Shown here one piece after another: positions 47,793 to 57,062 of a stretch of DNA of 64,000 nucleotides. Origin of the DNA: Candidatus Obscuribacteraceae bacterium (lineage in GTDB: Bacteria; Cyanobacteriota; Vampirovibrionia; Obscuribacterales; Obscuribacteraceae); assembly GCA_044226015.1 (NCBI GenBank), contig JBGAHS010000002.1:1-64000 (forward strand), read 5' to 3'. The position numbers and the translations under genes are program-made. Numbering within the stretch: the stretch's first letter is position 1; each line of letters opens with the position of its first letter. The notes under the pieces were generated by a model. The model ran no database searches, was not told the origin of the DNA, and saw nothing but the letters and a program-made list of their open reading frames with translations.

Positions 47793-50027
47793 TCAGTCAA
47801 CCTTCTTCCGACGCAAAAATGCTAGCGCCACTGGATGTTCATAAAAGCTTCTGTCGCCGTTCTTTTCAATCCATTTAAGATGCTTGATGGCATCTTGAGA
47901 TTTTCCATTTTGCAATTCATCCATTGCCATGTAGAAATACACCTCAGTCGAGCGCGAGTAACCACGAGCCTCTTCCTGGAAATCTTTAGCGCTCAAATCA
48001 TGGCTGAGATAACGAACAATAGGACCGGGCCAGGCATGAGCAGTAGTCTGCTTTTTAGCTTGCTCAAGTAAGGTTCTTGCTGCACTTTCATTCTTCAAAA
48101 ATCTGTAGGCAATAGAACCGACTATGTCAGCATAAACCCTGTCAGAATCTGGTTCGGAAGTGTTTGCAATAACGGACTCGGCATCGGCCGCAGATTCTTT
48201 GTATTTTTCCAGTCCGAGATAGGAATAAGAGCGTCCCAAGAAAGCTTGCACGCAGTCTGGGTCTAACTTGAGTGCTTCAGTGAGATCAGCACAAGCTTCA
48301 GCGCATTTTCCAACAGTCTGCTCAGCAGAAGCGCGAGCAATATAGCCTGCCTTGAATTTCTTTTGCTGAAGAGCCTTCGTATAATCTGCTATTGCCTTCT
48401 CGGGCTCGTCCACATCAGCCCAACCGCACCCGCGCGAGAAATACTCCGGCGCATTGCTAGCAGAAATTTTTGCCATTTGCTTTCTGGCTTGCTCTCTGAG
48501 CTTTTTTGCTTCATCAAGGTTTTGAGCAATGCCCTGGCCTTGCTCATACAAGGTAGCCAGCCGCATCTGTCCTTCCGCTTGCTCGTTGCTTGCATTTTTC
48601 TTGTAGAGATTGGCTGCACGTTCTAGAGATTCTGGAAAACCATATTGGTATGAAAGAAAGTTGCCATAGGCAATTGGTGCTCTGAGCAAATCGAGTTGCA
48701 TTGACAATTGCAAATACTTCTCGGCTTTAATCAGATCTTGCTTTTCACCATCTCCACGTTCATATGCGGCTGCAAGCGCGAGCATGCTCGCCATACTGCC
48801 TTTCTTTGATGCCATGTGATAATAGTAAACTGAGCGTTTCAGGTCGCGCTTTACTCCACTGCCATCGTGATACATCCAGCCGAGAGCTAGCATTGCTTTA
48901 GCTGACCCCTGCTCAGCAGCGGCTTTTGTCATATCAAACACTTGCTTCAGAGACTCATTTGATGCAGTACCATGTTCATCTAATTGATTGGCAATCTGCA
49001 TCATTGCATATTCATCTTTTTGCGCAGCAAGCTTACGTAAAGCAGCTTCGGCTCGCTCGTAGACAGAACCTGGCGCGTATATTTTCCGGAAAGTAGCACG
49101 GTCTCTTTCGGATAGCACAGGTGCGCCCGAAAAATACATCAGGTCGCCTGCATTACAAGAATGCCCTACAATTCCCAGCGCATGCCCAATTTCGTGCAGC
49201 AGAATCATGTGGCGATTAGCAACTCTCTTATCCGACTCGCAGGTGATTTCCGGATTGAAACGCAAAGGCTCTATCTTTGTTTTCAATACCGGAAAAACAG
49301 ACCACTCCGATGGTCCCGATGGAATAGGTATTGTGTGAGCAAGTACTGACCTGGAAAAGCTCAAATCAATCAATCGATCTTTCTGCGCAAATGAAATGTC
49401 AGCCGCTGCTGGATTGTTCACCACTTTGTAGGAAAGTCTGCCTGGAACGATGGAACACCACTCATCAAAACACCTTTTGATGAGCCTTCTGTCGAAATCG
49501 TTGAAACCATCTTTTTTCGAATTTTCAGGAATATATATCCGAATTGGCATCTGCTCAGCACGCCAGTAGCAAATGTTCGAATGGCTCACCAGCTCTCCGA
49601 AGTAATCATCTTTCTCCATAATCCGGCGACAGTCTAGAAGTTCCTTCAAAACAACCTTCACTTTGTTGTTTAACTTCTTGAAGTCGGGCTGATGCATAGC
49701 GTACTTATAATCGATTGTTCCCAGGTCAGGATGCCCCTCCATATCGTGCTTTTGAGCAGATGTGAGAAGTTCTACTGCAGTCATGTTGTTGAGAACGTTG
49801 AAATACTTAAAAGTGCCATTCTCTTGCTTGTAATAAATGTGCGAGTGAATCTTTATAGTCATCCACACAAATGTAATTAGTGCAAAGCCCATAAGCAGGA
49901 GAGCAAAACCAAGAATGAAATGCCGCCAATTAATACTGCGGACATCAGTTCCTGATTTAGCGGAATTGGGCGCGGGCTGCATCGGCATTCCATTCATCGA
50001 TGTCAAATCTATAATCCAAGAGATCAT
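47793..50027 (-). CDS. Membrane-anchored matrixin (M10-like) metallopeptidase with Sel1 and TPR repeats
   Basis: HEIGHALGIVGHS zinc motif and DLMY Met-turn; LGWMYHDGSGVKRD Sel1 repeats; AIADYTKAL TPRs. Confidence 0.88.
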   Translation of the reverse strand: MISWIIDLTSMNGMPMQPAPNSAKSGTDVRSINWRHFILGFALLLMGFALITFVWMTIKIHSHIYYKQENGTFKYFNVLNNMTAVELLTSAQKHDMEGHPDLGTIDYKYAMHQPDFKKLNNKVKVVLKELLDCRRIMEKDDYFGELVSHSNICYWRAEQMPIRIYIPENSKKDGFNDFDRRLIKRCFDEWCSIVPGRLSYKVVNNPAAADISFAQKDRLIDLSFSRSVLAHTIPIPSGPSEWSVFPVLKTKIEPLRFNPEITCESDKRVANRHMILLHEIGHALGIVGHSCNAGDLMYFSGAPVLSERDRATFRKIYAPGSVYERAEAALRKLAAQKDEYAMMQIANQLDEHGTASNESLKQVFDMTKAAAEQGSAKAMLALGWMYHDGSGVKRDLKRSVYYYHMASKKGSMASMLALAAAYERGDGEKQDLIKAEKYLQLSMQLDLLRAPIAYGNFLSYQYGFPESLERAANLYKKNASNEQAEGQMRLATLYEQGQGIAQNLDEAKKLREQARKQMAKISASNAPEYFSRGCGWADVDEPEKAIADYTKALQQKKFKAGYIARASAEQTVGKCAEACADLTEALKLDPDCVQAFLGRSYSYLGLEKYKESAADAESVIANTSEPDSDRVYADIVGSIAYRFLKNESAARTLLEQAKKQTTAHAWPGPIVRYLSHDLSAKDFQEEARGYSRSTEVYFYMAMDELQNGKSQDAIKHLKWIEKNGDRSFYEHPVALAFLRRKKVD

Positions 50028-50175
50028 TCCCCCTGTAGCTTAGCAATTAACGGATGAGCCCGCACGCAGCTTGCTTATTAAAACAAAACAGCATAAGGCC
50101 CTGAGCCAAACTCGTGATACCTTTGTAGAACGTTCTCTATTGCAATGCGAGGCCTCTGGAGTCAGCAAGAAATCA

Positions 50176-51876
50176 ATGGTTCCAACCCAAATGACATCAA
50201 CTAGCAAAGGACGAAACAAAAACACGGTGGATGTAAGCGCTCCACCTGTTCTGGCTTGCATAGATATGGGCACCAACTCTTTCCACATGATTGTGTGCCA
50301 GGCTAGCGAAAATCACGATAATTTTGAGGTCATTACCAAGGTTAGAGATGCAGTGCCGTTTTTTCGACGGGCACTCACCGCTCACACCATCGACGAAACA
50401 GCGATGACCAGTGCATTGCGCATACTCAAAGACATGAAGACAAAAGCCGCGGAACATGGCGCCAGACGCCTGGTTGCGGTTGCAACATCAGCAGTTCGCG
50501 AATCTGACAATGGCGAACTGGTACTCAGCAAAATTAGAAACGAACTTGCATTAGATGCCCGCATGATTTCGGGTCGCGAAGAAGCACGGCTTATCTATTT
50601 GGGTGTTCTCTGGAGCATGCCCAAACTAAAGGGTAAGTTTGCAATCGTTGATATCGGCGGTGGAAGCACCGAAGTAATTGTTGCAGACCGGCATCGTTCG
50701 TACTTTTCAGAGTCTTACAAACTTGGTGCGGCGCGTCTCACACAACGCTTCTTCAAGAAAGATAGCCCCACCCCACAAGAAATTCGCGAACTTCACGACG
50801 AAGTGAGAGGCATGCTTAGACCCGCAGCCGCAAGAATTGCAGAAAGCGGTGGCTTCAGCCAACTCATCGGAACATCAGGTACGGTGCAAGCCCTGGCTAA
50901 ACTCGACCGCTCACGTCACAAAAAATCGGCTCAGCAAGAACTCGATGGATATGTGCTTACCTTGAGCGCCCTCGAAGAAATTGTGGCATTCCTGGAAGAG
51001 GCTTCGCTTGAAGGGGCAAAAATAAGCGGCGTCAGCAGCGATCGCAACCGCACAATTTTGGCAGGTTCGATTGTACTGCTGGAAGCCATGCGGTCTTTAG
51101 GCGTTAACCAAATCACGGTGTGCACAGCCGCACTCCGCGAAGGCGTTGTAGTGGACATGCTTCTGCAAGAAGGGTGGATTGAAGCTGGCTTGAGCGAGCA
51201 TCTCAACCCACGTGCACGAAGTGTCTATGCGCTGCTCGAAAAATATCAGGCAAGCGTTGAGCACGCCGAACAGGTCGCAGACCTTGCATTTCAAATTTTC
51301 GATAAAACCCGCGAACTCAAACTGCATAACTACGGGGACCAGGCGCTTCATATGCTGTGGTCAGCCTCAATGCTTCATGATGTCGGCATGTTCATTGGCC
51401 GAAACGGGCATCACAAGCACTCCTTCTACTTGATTAAAAACGGCGGCTTATTGGGTCATTCCGAGGAAGAAGTAGCGATTATCGCGAACATCGCCAGATA
51501 TCACAGAGGAAGCGAACCTAAACCGTCGCATGAAGCGTACACTCAGCTTGAGACTCAAGACAAGCAGATGGTCGCTGACATGGCGGCTATACTCCGATTG
51601 GCCGAAGCACTAGATAGAAGCCACAGACAAGTAGTGCAGCGCATTGAGTTTGACATTCAGGCGCCGTCAAAAGGTCAAGACAGGACGCCTGCCTCTCTGC
51701 TGATTTTTGTGCGCCAGGGCGAAAGCTGGGAGCCAGAAACGTGGGCACTCAAGGAAAAGAAAGCCTTCTTCGAAAAACAGTTTCTTTTGAAACTCAATTT
51801 TGAAGTGAGAGTAGAGAGCAGACCACAAATGACCCGAAGCGCCCTTAGCAGCTTCCGGTCAAAAGCCAGCCCTTAA
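50176..51876 (+). CDS. ppx: Ppx/GppA exopolyphosphatase with C-terminal HD domain (start uncertain)
   Basis: IDMGTNSFHM, ATSAVRE, ISGREEARL, DIGGGSTE, ALREG, LHDVG. Confidence 0.95.
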   Translation: MVPTQMTSTSKGRNKNTVDVSAPPVLACIDMGTNSFHMIVCQASENHDNFEVITKVRDAVPFFRRALTAHTIDETAMTSALRILKDMKTKAAEHGARRLVAVATSAVRESDNGELVLSKIRNELALDARMISGREEARLIYLGVLWSMPKLKGKFAIVDIGGGSTEVIVADRHRSYFSESYKLGAARLTQRFFKKDSPTPQEIRELHDEVRGMLRPAAARIAESGGFSQLIGTSGTVQALAKLDRSRHKKSAQQELDGYVLTLSALEEIVAFLEEASLEGAKISGVSSDRNRTILAGSIVLLEAMRSLGVNQITVCTAALREGVVVDMLLQEGWIEAGLSEHLNPRARSVYALLEKYQASVEHAEQVADLAFQIFDKTRELKLHNYGDQALHMLWSASMLHDVGMFIGRNGHHKHSFYLIKNGGLLGHSEEEVAIIANIARYHRGSEPKPSHEAYTQLETQDKQMVADMAAILRLAEALDRSHRQVVQRIEFDIQAPSKGQDRTPASLLIFVRQGESWEPETWALKEKKAFFEKQFLLKLNFEVRVESRPQMTRSALSSFRSKASP

Positions 51877-52033
51877 CTTGACAATAATTCTACAATCTGC
51901 CTTAATTGCCTTTAACACTACTTCTGCCAAAAGGAACGAAGAACTCAGGGATAACCCCGGTTTAACAGGTGGAAATTCCAGGCATGATGTAGTCAGGCAA
52001 GTGGGCGCAGTCCAGTGCGTCCAGGAGGAATCA

Positions 52034-52276
52034 ATGAAGTTGCGTCTGCTTGTTACGGGTCTGATGGCTTTAATTTTGCAGTTTTCTTGCGGCGCGGCCC
52101 ACGCAGTCACATGGTTTGATACCAGCGTGCGACCAGACGGCGTAGGCGACACAGGCTATAGCCCAAGCAACAACAACGGACAAACTTACGCCGCACCCAG
52201 CGAAGACGGAGGAACCATCGTCTACGGTGGACAGGATGGCGAAGTTGTAGGCGATGTTTTTGATTCCGGCGACTAA
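52034..52276 (+). CDS. Small secreted Gly/Asp-rich hypothetical protein
   Basis: AGGAGG RBS before MKLRLL; signal peptide ...GAAHA-V; followed by a terminator. Confidence 0.7.
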   Translation: MKLRLLVTGLMALILQFSCGAAHAVTWFDTSVRPDGVGDTGYSPSNNNGQTYAAPSEDGGTIVYGGQDGEVVGDVFDSGD

Positions 52277-52302
52277 CGAAAGCCGCTTAAATTCAGTGTT
52301 TG

Positions 52303-52327
52303 AAACCGCTCGTGAGGGCGGTTTTTT
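52303..52327 (+). terminator. Intrinsic terminator
   Basis: AAACCGCTC-GTGA-GGGCGGTTTTTT. Confidence 0.8.
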
Positions 52328-52818
52328 GTTGGCATTTTGTCCAACCGCGCAATTATCAATCGTCCTGCGCCATCCACAGGTCCTTTTACAGATACACGGA
52401 TCCTTTTATCCATTCTCAAGCCATTGATGCAGCGACATCTCTGCATCTCTATGACGGATCCGCCTGTGCAATAACAGAGCCCGGGACATCCACGTCAATT
52501 CACAATCCATTGATGCAAGGCGGATCCTTTTTGCAGAAACTTCGCATCAACCCAAAGAGAATGATGACACCGTATGTGCCACCACAACGAAACAAGCCAC
52601 AGCAACAATCTGTCGCACCATATACGCCACCAAGATCAAATAAAGTATCTGTACCGAAGTTTAACCGGACGAAAGATTAGCAATCCATAACACAAGTGTT
52701 AGAGAATCTTCTTTATCGGTTCAGACACAATGTCTAGACAGAAGACAAGAGGAGGGAATAGAATGGACGAAATTCGTCCCCCGCAGGAACGAAATTCCCC
52801 TTTAACCATCTACAGAAG

Positions 52819-53439
52819 TTGACTGTTTTTCAACAAGAACTTCAAAAGGTGCAGGATTCTATTATGCCAATGCAAGCAATATCCCTCCTCATCGTTGACG
52901 ACGAGCCAGTTACAAGACGTGGGCTACAGCTTTTCGTTCAACAGTTGAAGGGAATTGAAGTTCTAGATGTAGCGATTGATGCAGAAGATGCCCTGAGCAA
53001 AATCGAAAATTTGCACCCCTCCGTTGTAGTAATGGACATTGGTCTCCCGGGAATGGACGGCATCTCTGCAGCTCGCGAAATAAAAAAAAGAAATCCCAAT
53101 CAAAAAGTTTTGATGCTTACTGCAAACGAAAGTGAAGATGCGATTTTCGGTTCTTTCGATGCAGGTGCTGATGGGTATGTCTTGAAGACAGCTTTCGCCA
53201 ACAGCCTTGAGCTGGCACTTAGAACTATAAAGTGCGGCTCAGTGTGGTTTGACCCGATGATTGCTCAAAAAATCTTGCAATTCGCCAGGGGAAACTCGCC
53301 AGTGTCGCAGTCAGCCACTCTTTCTAAGAATGAGCAGGGAGTTCTCGAAGAGCTTGCCAGAGAAAGCTGCAGTGATGGAGTCTGCCTGATCAATCCGAGT
53401 TTCATCGACAATTTAAGAAGAGCACGCTTTCATCCCTAG
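52819..53439 (+). CDS. NarL-type response regulator with a truncated or degenerate HTH
   Basis: LIVDDE, VMDIGLPGMDG, LMLT, GADGYVLK; after LSKNEQGVLEELA the LuxR HTH is replaced by ESCSDGVCLINPSF. Confidence 0.88.
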   Translation: MTVFQQELQKVQDSIMPMQAISLLIVDDEPVTRRGLQLFVQQLKGIEVLDVAIDAEDALSKIENLHPSVVVMDIGLPGMDGISAAREIKKRNPNQKVLMLTANESEDAIFGSFDAGADGYVLKTAFANSLELALRTIKCGSVWFDPMIAQKILQFARGNSPVSQSATLSKNEQGVLEELARESCSDGVCLINPSFIDNLRRARFHP

Positions 53440-53456
53440 ACCTCGTTTGAGCAAAC

Positions 53457-53531
53457 CTGGATCCGGAACTGGTCTCTAAATTGGATCCGGAACTGGCTCG
53501 AACTGGATCCGGAACCCGAACCGGATTCGGA
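53457..53531. repeat. Short intergenic repeats of TGGATCCGGAAC (3 copies plus 1 degenerate)
   Basis: Copies begin at about 53457, 53481 and 53503, with a degenerate CCGGATTCGGA at 53521. Confidence 0.8.
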
Positions 53532-53571
53532 TATGGAGCTAAACTGGATGGATGCAAGAAATGTATTCCAG

Positions 53572-53603
53572 AAAGCAAAAGCGCCGCGCTGGCGCACGAC
53601 GCT
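53572..53603 (-). terminator. Intrinsic terminator of the leftward arm
   Basis: Minus strand AGCGTCGTGC-GCCA-GCGCGGCGCT-TTTGCTTT (10-bp stem with two G-U pairs). Confidence 0.6.
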
Positions 53604-53631
53604 CTCAGATTCTTTTCTGGACTAACCCTGA

Positions 53632-54345
53632 TTAGTTAGCCATGGGCTTTGATTGCTGAGCGATTTTTCTGTTCTCAGCGACCTTTTTCACATTGCTCAG
53701 ACGAGTCGCTAGTTTCTTCCCGGCGATGTTCTCAATAAAAGAACGTGGAGCTGGAACACCTATATCAATAAAAGAACCCAATTCGAGAATGGTATTTCCA
53801 TCTACATCAGGTTGGAGAATCCAGCTGCCTTCGACAGCTTTGAAACGATCTGACTTCAACAAGTGATAGTCAATTCTCTTATTAGTTTCTTCTGTACTTT
53901 TCAAAACACAAACGGAAGTACCAAGAACCGGAATCAATTGGAATTTTTGTTCCAGGGTTTGCTCAGTTTTACCGTGCTCATTTTTTCCTTCTTCCAGAAT
54001 CTTGCTATAAGCAAGGTCTGGATCAGACTTACGTTCTTCATGGACAGCTTCCCAAACATCGTGTGGCTGAGCATTGATCTTGATCTTCGCAGTTACCCAA
54101 CGGCGTCCGTTTGGCTTGGGAGCCGTACCGATTACTACCTGACCTTTTGATAGCTTTGCATGCTCTGCTTCGGTAACAACCACCAGCGGTGGCTCAGCCT
54201 TTGTCTCTGTTGTTGGACAGTGAGTTACGTGCTGGGTTTGCACTACATCAGCCGAGTTATTCGCAAGTGCTGGACTCGAACATAAAGACGCGAACGCCAT
54301 CATTACTGCGCCTTTTTTCACATGTTCAACAGTTGATTTCTTCAC
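53632..54345 (-). CDS. SRPBCC/START (polyketide cyclase/dehydrase-like) protein with a signal peptide
   Basis: TAKIKINAQPHDVWEAV, FKAVEGSWILQP and a C-terminal helix; ...SSPALA-N cleavage-like site; GTG at 54345 with GAGGT RBS. Confidence 0.8.
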   Translation of the reverse strand: MKKSTVEHVKKGAVMMAFASLCSSPALANNSADVVQTQHVTHCPTTETKAEPPLVVVTEAEHAKLSKGQVVIGTAPKPNGRRWVTAKIKINAQPHDVWEAVHEERKSDPDLAYSKILEEGKNEHGKTEQTLEQKFQLIPVLGTSVCVLKSTEETNKRIDYHLLKSDRFKAVEGSWILQPDVDGNTILELGSFIDIGVPAPRSFIENIAGKKLATRLSNVKKVAENRKIAQQSKPMAN

Positions 54346-54494
54346 AACACTTACCTCATACCGACTAAAGAATGTACTTGAACGCAGTAACAAACAGCTT
54401 GTTGTTAGTTGTTTGTTCCGTCTTGCTGACAAAAAGGAGAGCGCATCATGCTATACCAGATTGTCGACGAACTTAATTTATGAAGGTTCCTCAT

Positions 54495-55142
54495 TTATAC
54501 TCCGATTGGAATAAACTTGGGAACCAGTCGGCGCCACTTCATCTCTTCGCCATATTGTTTGTATTCAGAGCCCAAACTTTCGAGGAGAAGTTTTTCCTCG
54601 TATTTGGCTCTGTTAAGCCAGAGAGGTGCCACCAAAAATAGAGTCAAGCAAACTGCAAGGGGTGAAAGTGAGGCGAGCGATGCCCCAAGTACACTTTGAA
54701 TAATGCCTGAGTAAGCCGGGTGCATGACGAACTTCAACAATCCATCTTTACGCACCTTATGACCATCGAGTACTTCCGCGTCAGTGGTGAAGCACTCTCC
54801 TAAAGAATACCAGCCACCGATCATAAAAACCAATCCGCTAAAGAACTGAATTACACCCCACCAGCCGATCGGCTGAGCGGCTTCAGGAGCCACAAATGGT
54901 ATCGGACACAGAATCATCGCAAGTGTTCCGCCAATCAAACCAAATTGCGCTAAGAAGCCGAGAATCAGAACGATGACTGTTAGCAGAGTTGAGTATTGCG
55001 GTGCACGTTGAATCAGAAAATTCACTTCGTAAAAGACACCGGTTCCACGTCTCTGAAAACCTTTATATAGAACTGGCGCTGAAAGAAGAGCTCCGATACC
55101 AGCCAGAATTGCCGTGCATATGGTCGGCGGTGAAAGTTGCAT
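54495..55142 (-). CDS. ICMT/PEMT (Ste14) family integral-membrane methyltransferase
   Basis: HKVRKDGLLKFVMHPAYSG and RAKYEEKLL...EYKQY...RLVP. Confidence 0.85.
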   Translation of the reverse strand: MQLSPPTICTAILAGIGALLSAPVLYKGFQRRGTGVFYEVNFLIQRAPQYSTLLTVIVLILGFLAQFGLIGGTLAMILCPIPFVAPEAAQPIGWWGVIQFFSGLVFMIGGWYSLGECFTTDAEVLDGHKVRKDGLLKFVMHPAYSGIIQSVLGASLASLSPLAVCLTLFLVAPLWLNRAKYEEKLLLESLGSEYKQYGEEMKWRRLVPKFIPIGV

Positions 55143-55159
55143 ACGAACCAGGATCCTCC

Positions 55160-55924
55160 CTAGAGATCAAAAAGCGTGTCGTTTAAATCGATATTGAGCT
55201 GGACATCTTTCCAATTTGTATGAGCAAACAGCTTTCCGTCCTTATAATCAAACCACTCGCGTGGTAACAATGTCTGTGGGTCTATGTAAGCGCGCTTCAT
55301 GAGTTCGTCTTTGGACGCACTCGTATAGAGTTCGATTATGTAAACGGGCTTCGGATGACCTTCTACTGTAACAGTCGATTCTGTCACCAAACTTTTCTTG
55401 CCTGCCTTAACAAAGTTAAGCATGACTTGGGACATTCCGTAGAAATCAGAATCAACAAGCGGGTATCCGTTACCTGACCGAACCCATTCAGAATCAGGGT
55501 CAACAGTTGCTACAAATTTCGACATCAAACCGCCGAGATGCCCTTTGACCTTTCCGTTCTTTAACAGAACTGCACACGAACCTTTCTTAAAAGGTCCCAA
55601 CTCCTCTGCGCGAATCTGACGAGGACGCTTGTAATAAAACTTACTGTTCTCTTCGATCGACTTTCCACCTTTGTAGACCGTCATGTGAGATTGAAATGTA
55701 TAGGACTTCAGCTGATCGGCAGCGTCTGCCATTTCTTTGAGAAAATCGGCGCCATCACGCATGCGCTCTTGAGTTTGTCCAGCTGCGGCTGAAACTGAAG
55801 TTGCTTTGTCTGGAACGCGGGTCGGCAGCTGGGTGCTTTCTGCAAGACCTGGATTGAGCAAACTCAACGCGAAAGTGGCAAGACTGATTTGCAGTAATCT
55901 GGAGAACCTGGTTCTAAAGTGCAT
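55160..55924 (-). CDS. Secreted LolA-like (DUF1571 / lipoprotein-sorting type) protein
   Basis: Signal peptide; LKSYTF, FYYKRPRQIR, AYIDPQTLLP, WKDVQLNIDLNDTLFDL beta-rich LolA-fold pattern. Confidence 0.72.
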   Translation of the reverse strand: MHFRTRFSRLLQISLATFALSLLNPGLAESTQLPTRVPDKATSVSAAAGQTQERMRDGADFLKEMADAADQLKSYTFQSHMTVYKGGKSIEENSKFYYKRPRQIRAEELGPFKKGSCAVLLKNGKVKGHLGGLMSKFVATVDPDSEWVRSGNGYPLVDSDFYGMSQVMLNFVKAGKKSLVTESTVTVEGHPKPVYIIELYTSASKDELMKRAYIDPQTLLPREWFDYKDGKLFAHTNWKDVQLNIDLNDTLFDL

Positions 55925-56134
55925 CTGTATTGACTCTTGGTTTGGAGCTCAGTGTGAATAACCGGTTATATCTGGATATTAGGACCAAAAAAGGAAGTTC
56001 AGTTAACGAGACTTTCCCCTTTGCTAGCTTCCGCATGATTATGCCATGACTGCAAAAGCACGTTCCTTAGAGGTACTTGATGTTGCCAAGATCCGCCAGC
56101 GATGGCGCGGATTGAGCGCTGCGATAAAACTTAA

Positions 56135-56830
56135 CTAATTGGATCGTGCTCCCACGATCGATTCTTTCGGACACTCCCAGAGTGCAAGCGTCGCATCAAG
56201 AACCTCTTGGGCAGCCTCAGGAATTTGCTCACCGTGGGTCTCATTCAAATCGTCCAGCATACGCTTCATCCAGATGGCGTGGCGCATATGCGTTCTTGCA
56301 TGCAAGCGAACCCACTCTAACCCCTGGCTGATAAGCGCCGGCTCATATTCAGCTGCATGTTTTTCAAAATATTTTTCGCAACTCGGCAAAGCGGCGCGAC
56401 AATACATCGTCGCGGCCAGTTCGGCGGCAACTATGGAATGAATGCCCTCTGCAAAAGTCTTCCGGGTGCACATTTCAGTCATCACATCGCAAAGGTTCTT
56501 AGTCACAGGGCCCACCGGCGCTGCTTCGACCTCTTCTAAAGTGACGCCAGCAAGAGGAAATTGGTGCAAGAAAAGACCCTGATATTTACTTTCGTCATCG
56601 CTGAGACGATTCAGAAGCTGAGAAGCTGCGCTCATTTCAGGTGGCAAGGCATCCCTTACAGTACGAATGTTCTGTGGCAGCTCTTTCATAAAAGGCCAGA
56701 GGACGAAGATTATTTTTCGTCCACGTTCTCTGAATTTGCCATCAGCCAGGTCGATAAACCAGGGACTGACCGAGCAGCCCCAGCTTAGTCTTTCTATCAA
56801 AACTGGCATCCAACCTGGCAGAGACCCCAT
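56135..56830 (-). CDS. Heme-oxygenase-like diiron oxidase (UndA/TenA/CADD superfamily) with atypical ligands
   Basis: LWPFMKE, DDESKY, AAELAA and GLEWVRLHARTHMRH align by eye with the UndA-type ExxH...E...HxxxDxxH layout. Confidence 0.72.
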   Translation of the reverse strand: MGSLPGWMPVLIERLSWGCSVSPWFIDLADGKFRERGRKIIFVLWPFMKELPQNIRTVRDALPPEMSAASQLLNRLSDDESKYQGLFLHQFPLAGVTLEEVEAAPVGPVTKNLCDVMTEMCTRKTFAEGIHSIVAAELAATMYCRAALPSCEKYFEKHAAEYEPALISQGLEWVRLHARTHMRHAIWMKRMLDDLNETHGEQIPEAAQEVLDATLALWECPKESIVGARSN

Positions 56831-57062
56831 CTAACCCTTTTCTTCCTCGCAACACACACTAAATGCGAAACTCTACTTTACCGCAGAGCAGTTAAGTCAT
56901 GGCATGGACGAAGCGCATTGCTTAACCCTTTTCAATGTTTTAAAGAAAGAAAGTTTCGCGAAAGGTTCCTTCGCTTGACCTCTTTTTACAAATTCGGAAC
57001 CCTGCTTCATCTCGTAGCCTTTGCTCTTTATGCTTTTCGCCACCCTTGATAGAATTCTAAAG

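Noticed and set aside
52300..52680. 126-aa ORF
   Set aside because: It starts inside a terminator with no RBS and spans the degenerate GGATCC repeats. Only the last ~39 codons (PYVPP/PYTPP) look weakly protein-like, which is insufficient support.
53457..53531. Mini CRISPR array
   Set aside because: Repeats are about 12-16 bp and spacers under 12 bp, far too short; no cas genes or leader.
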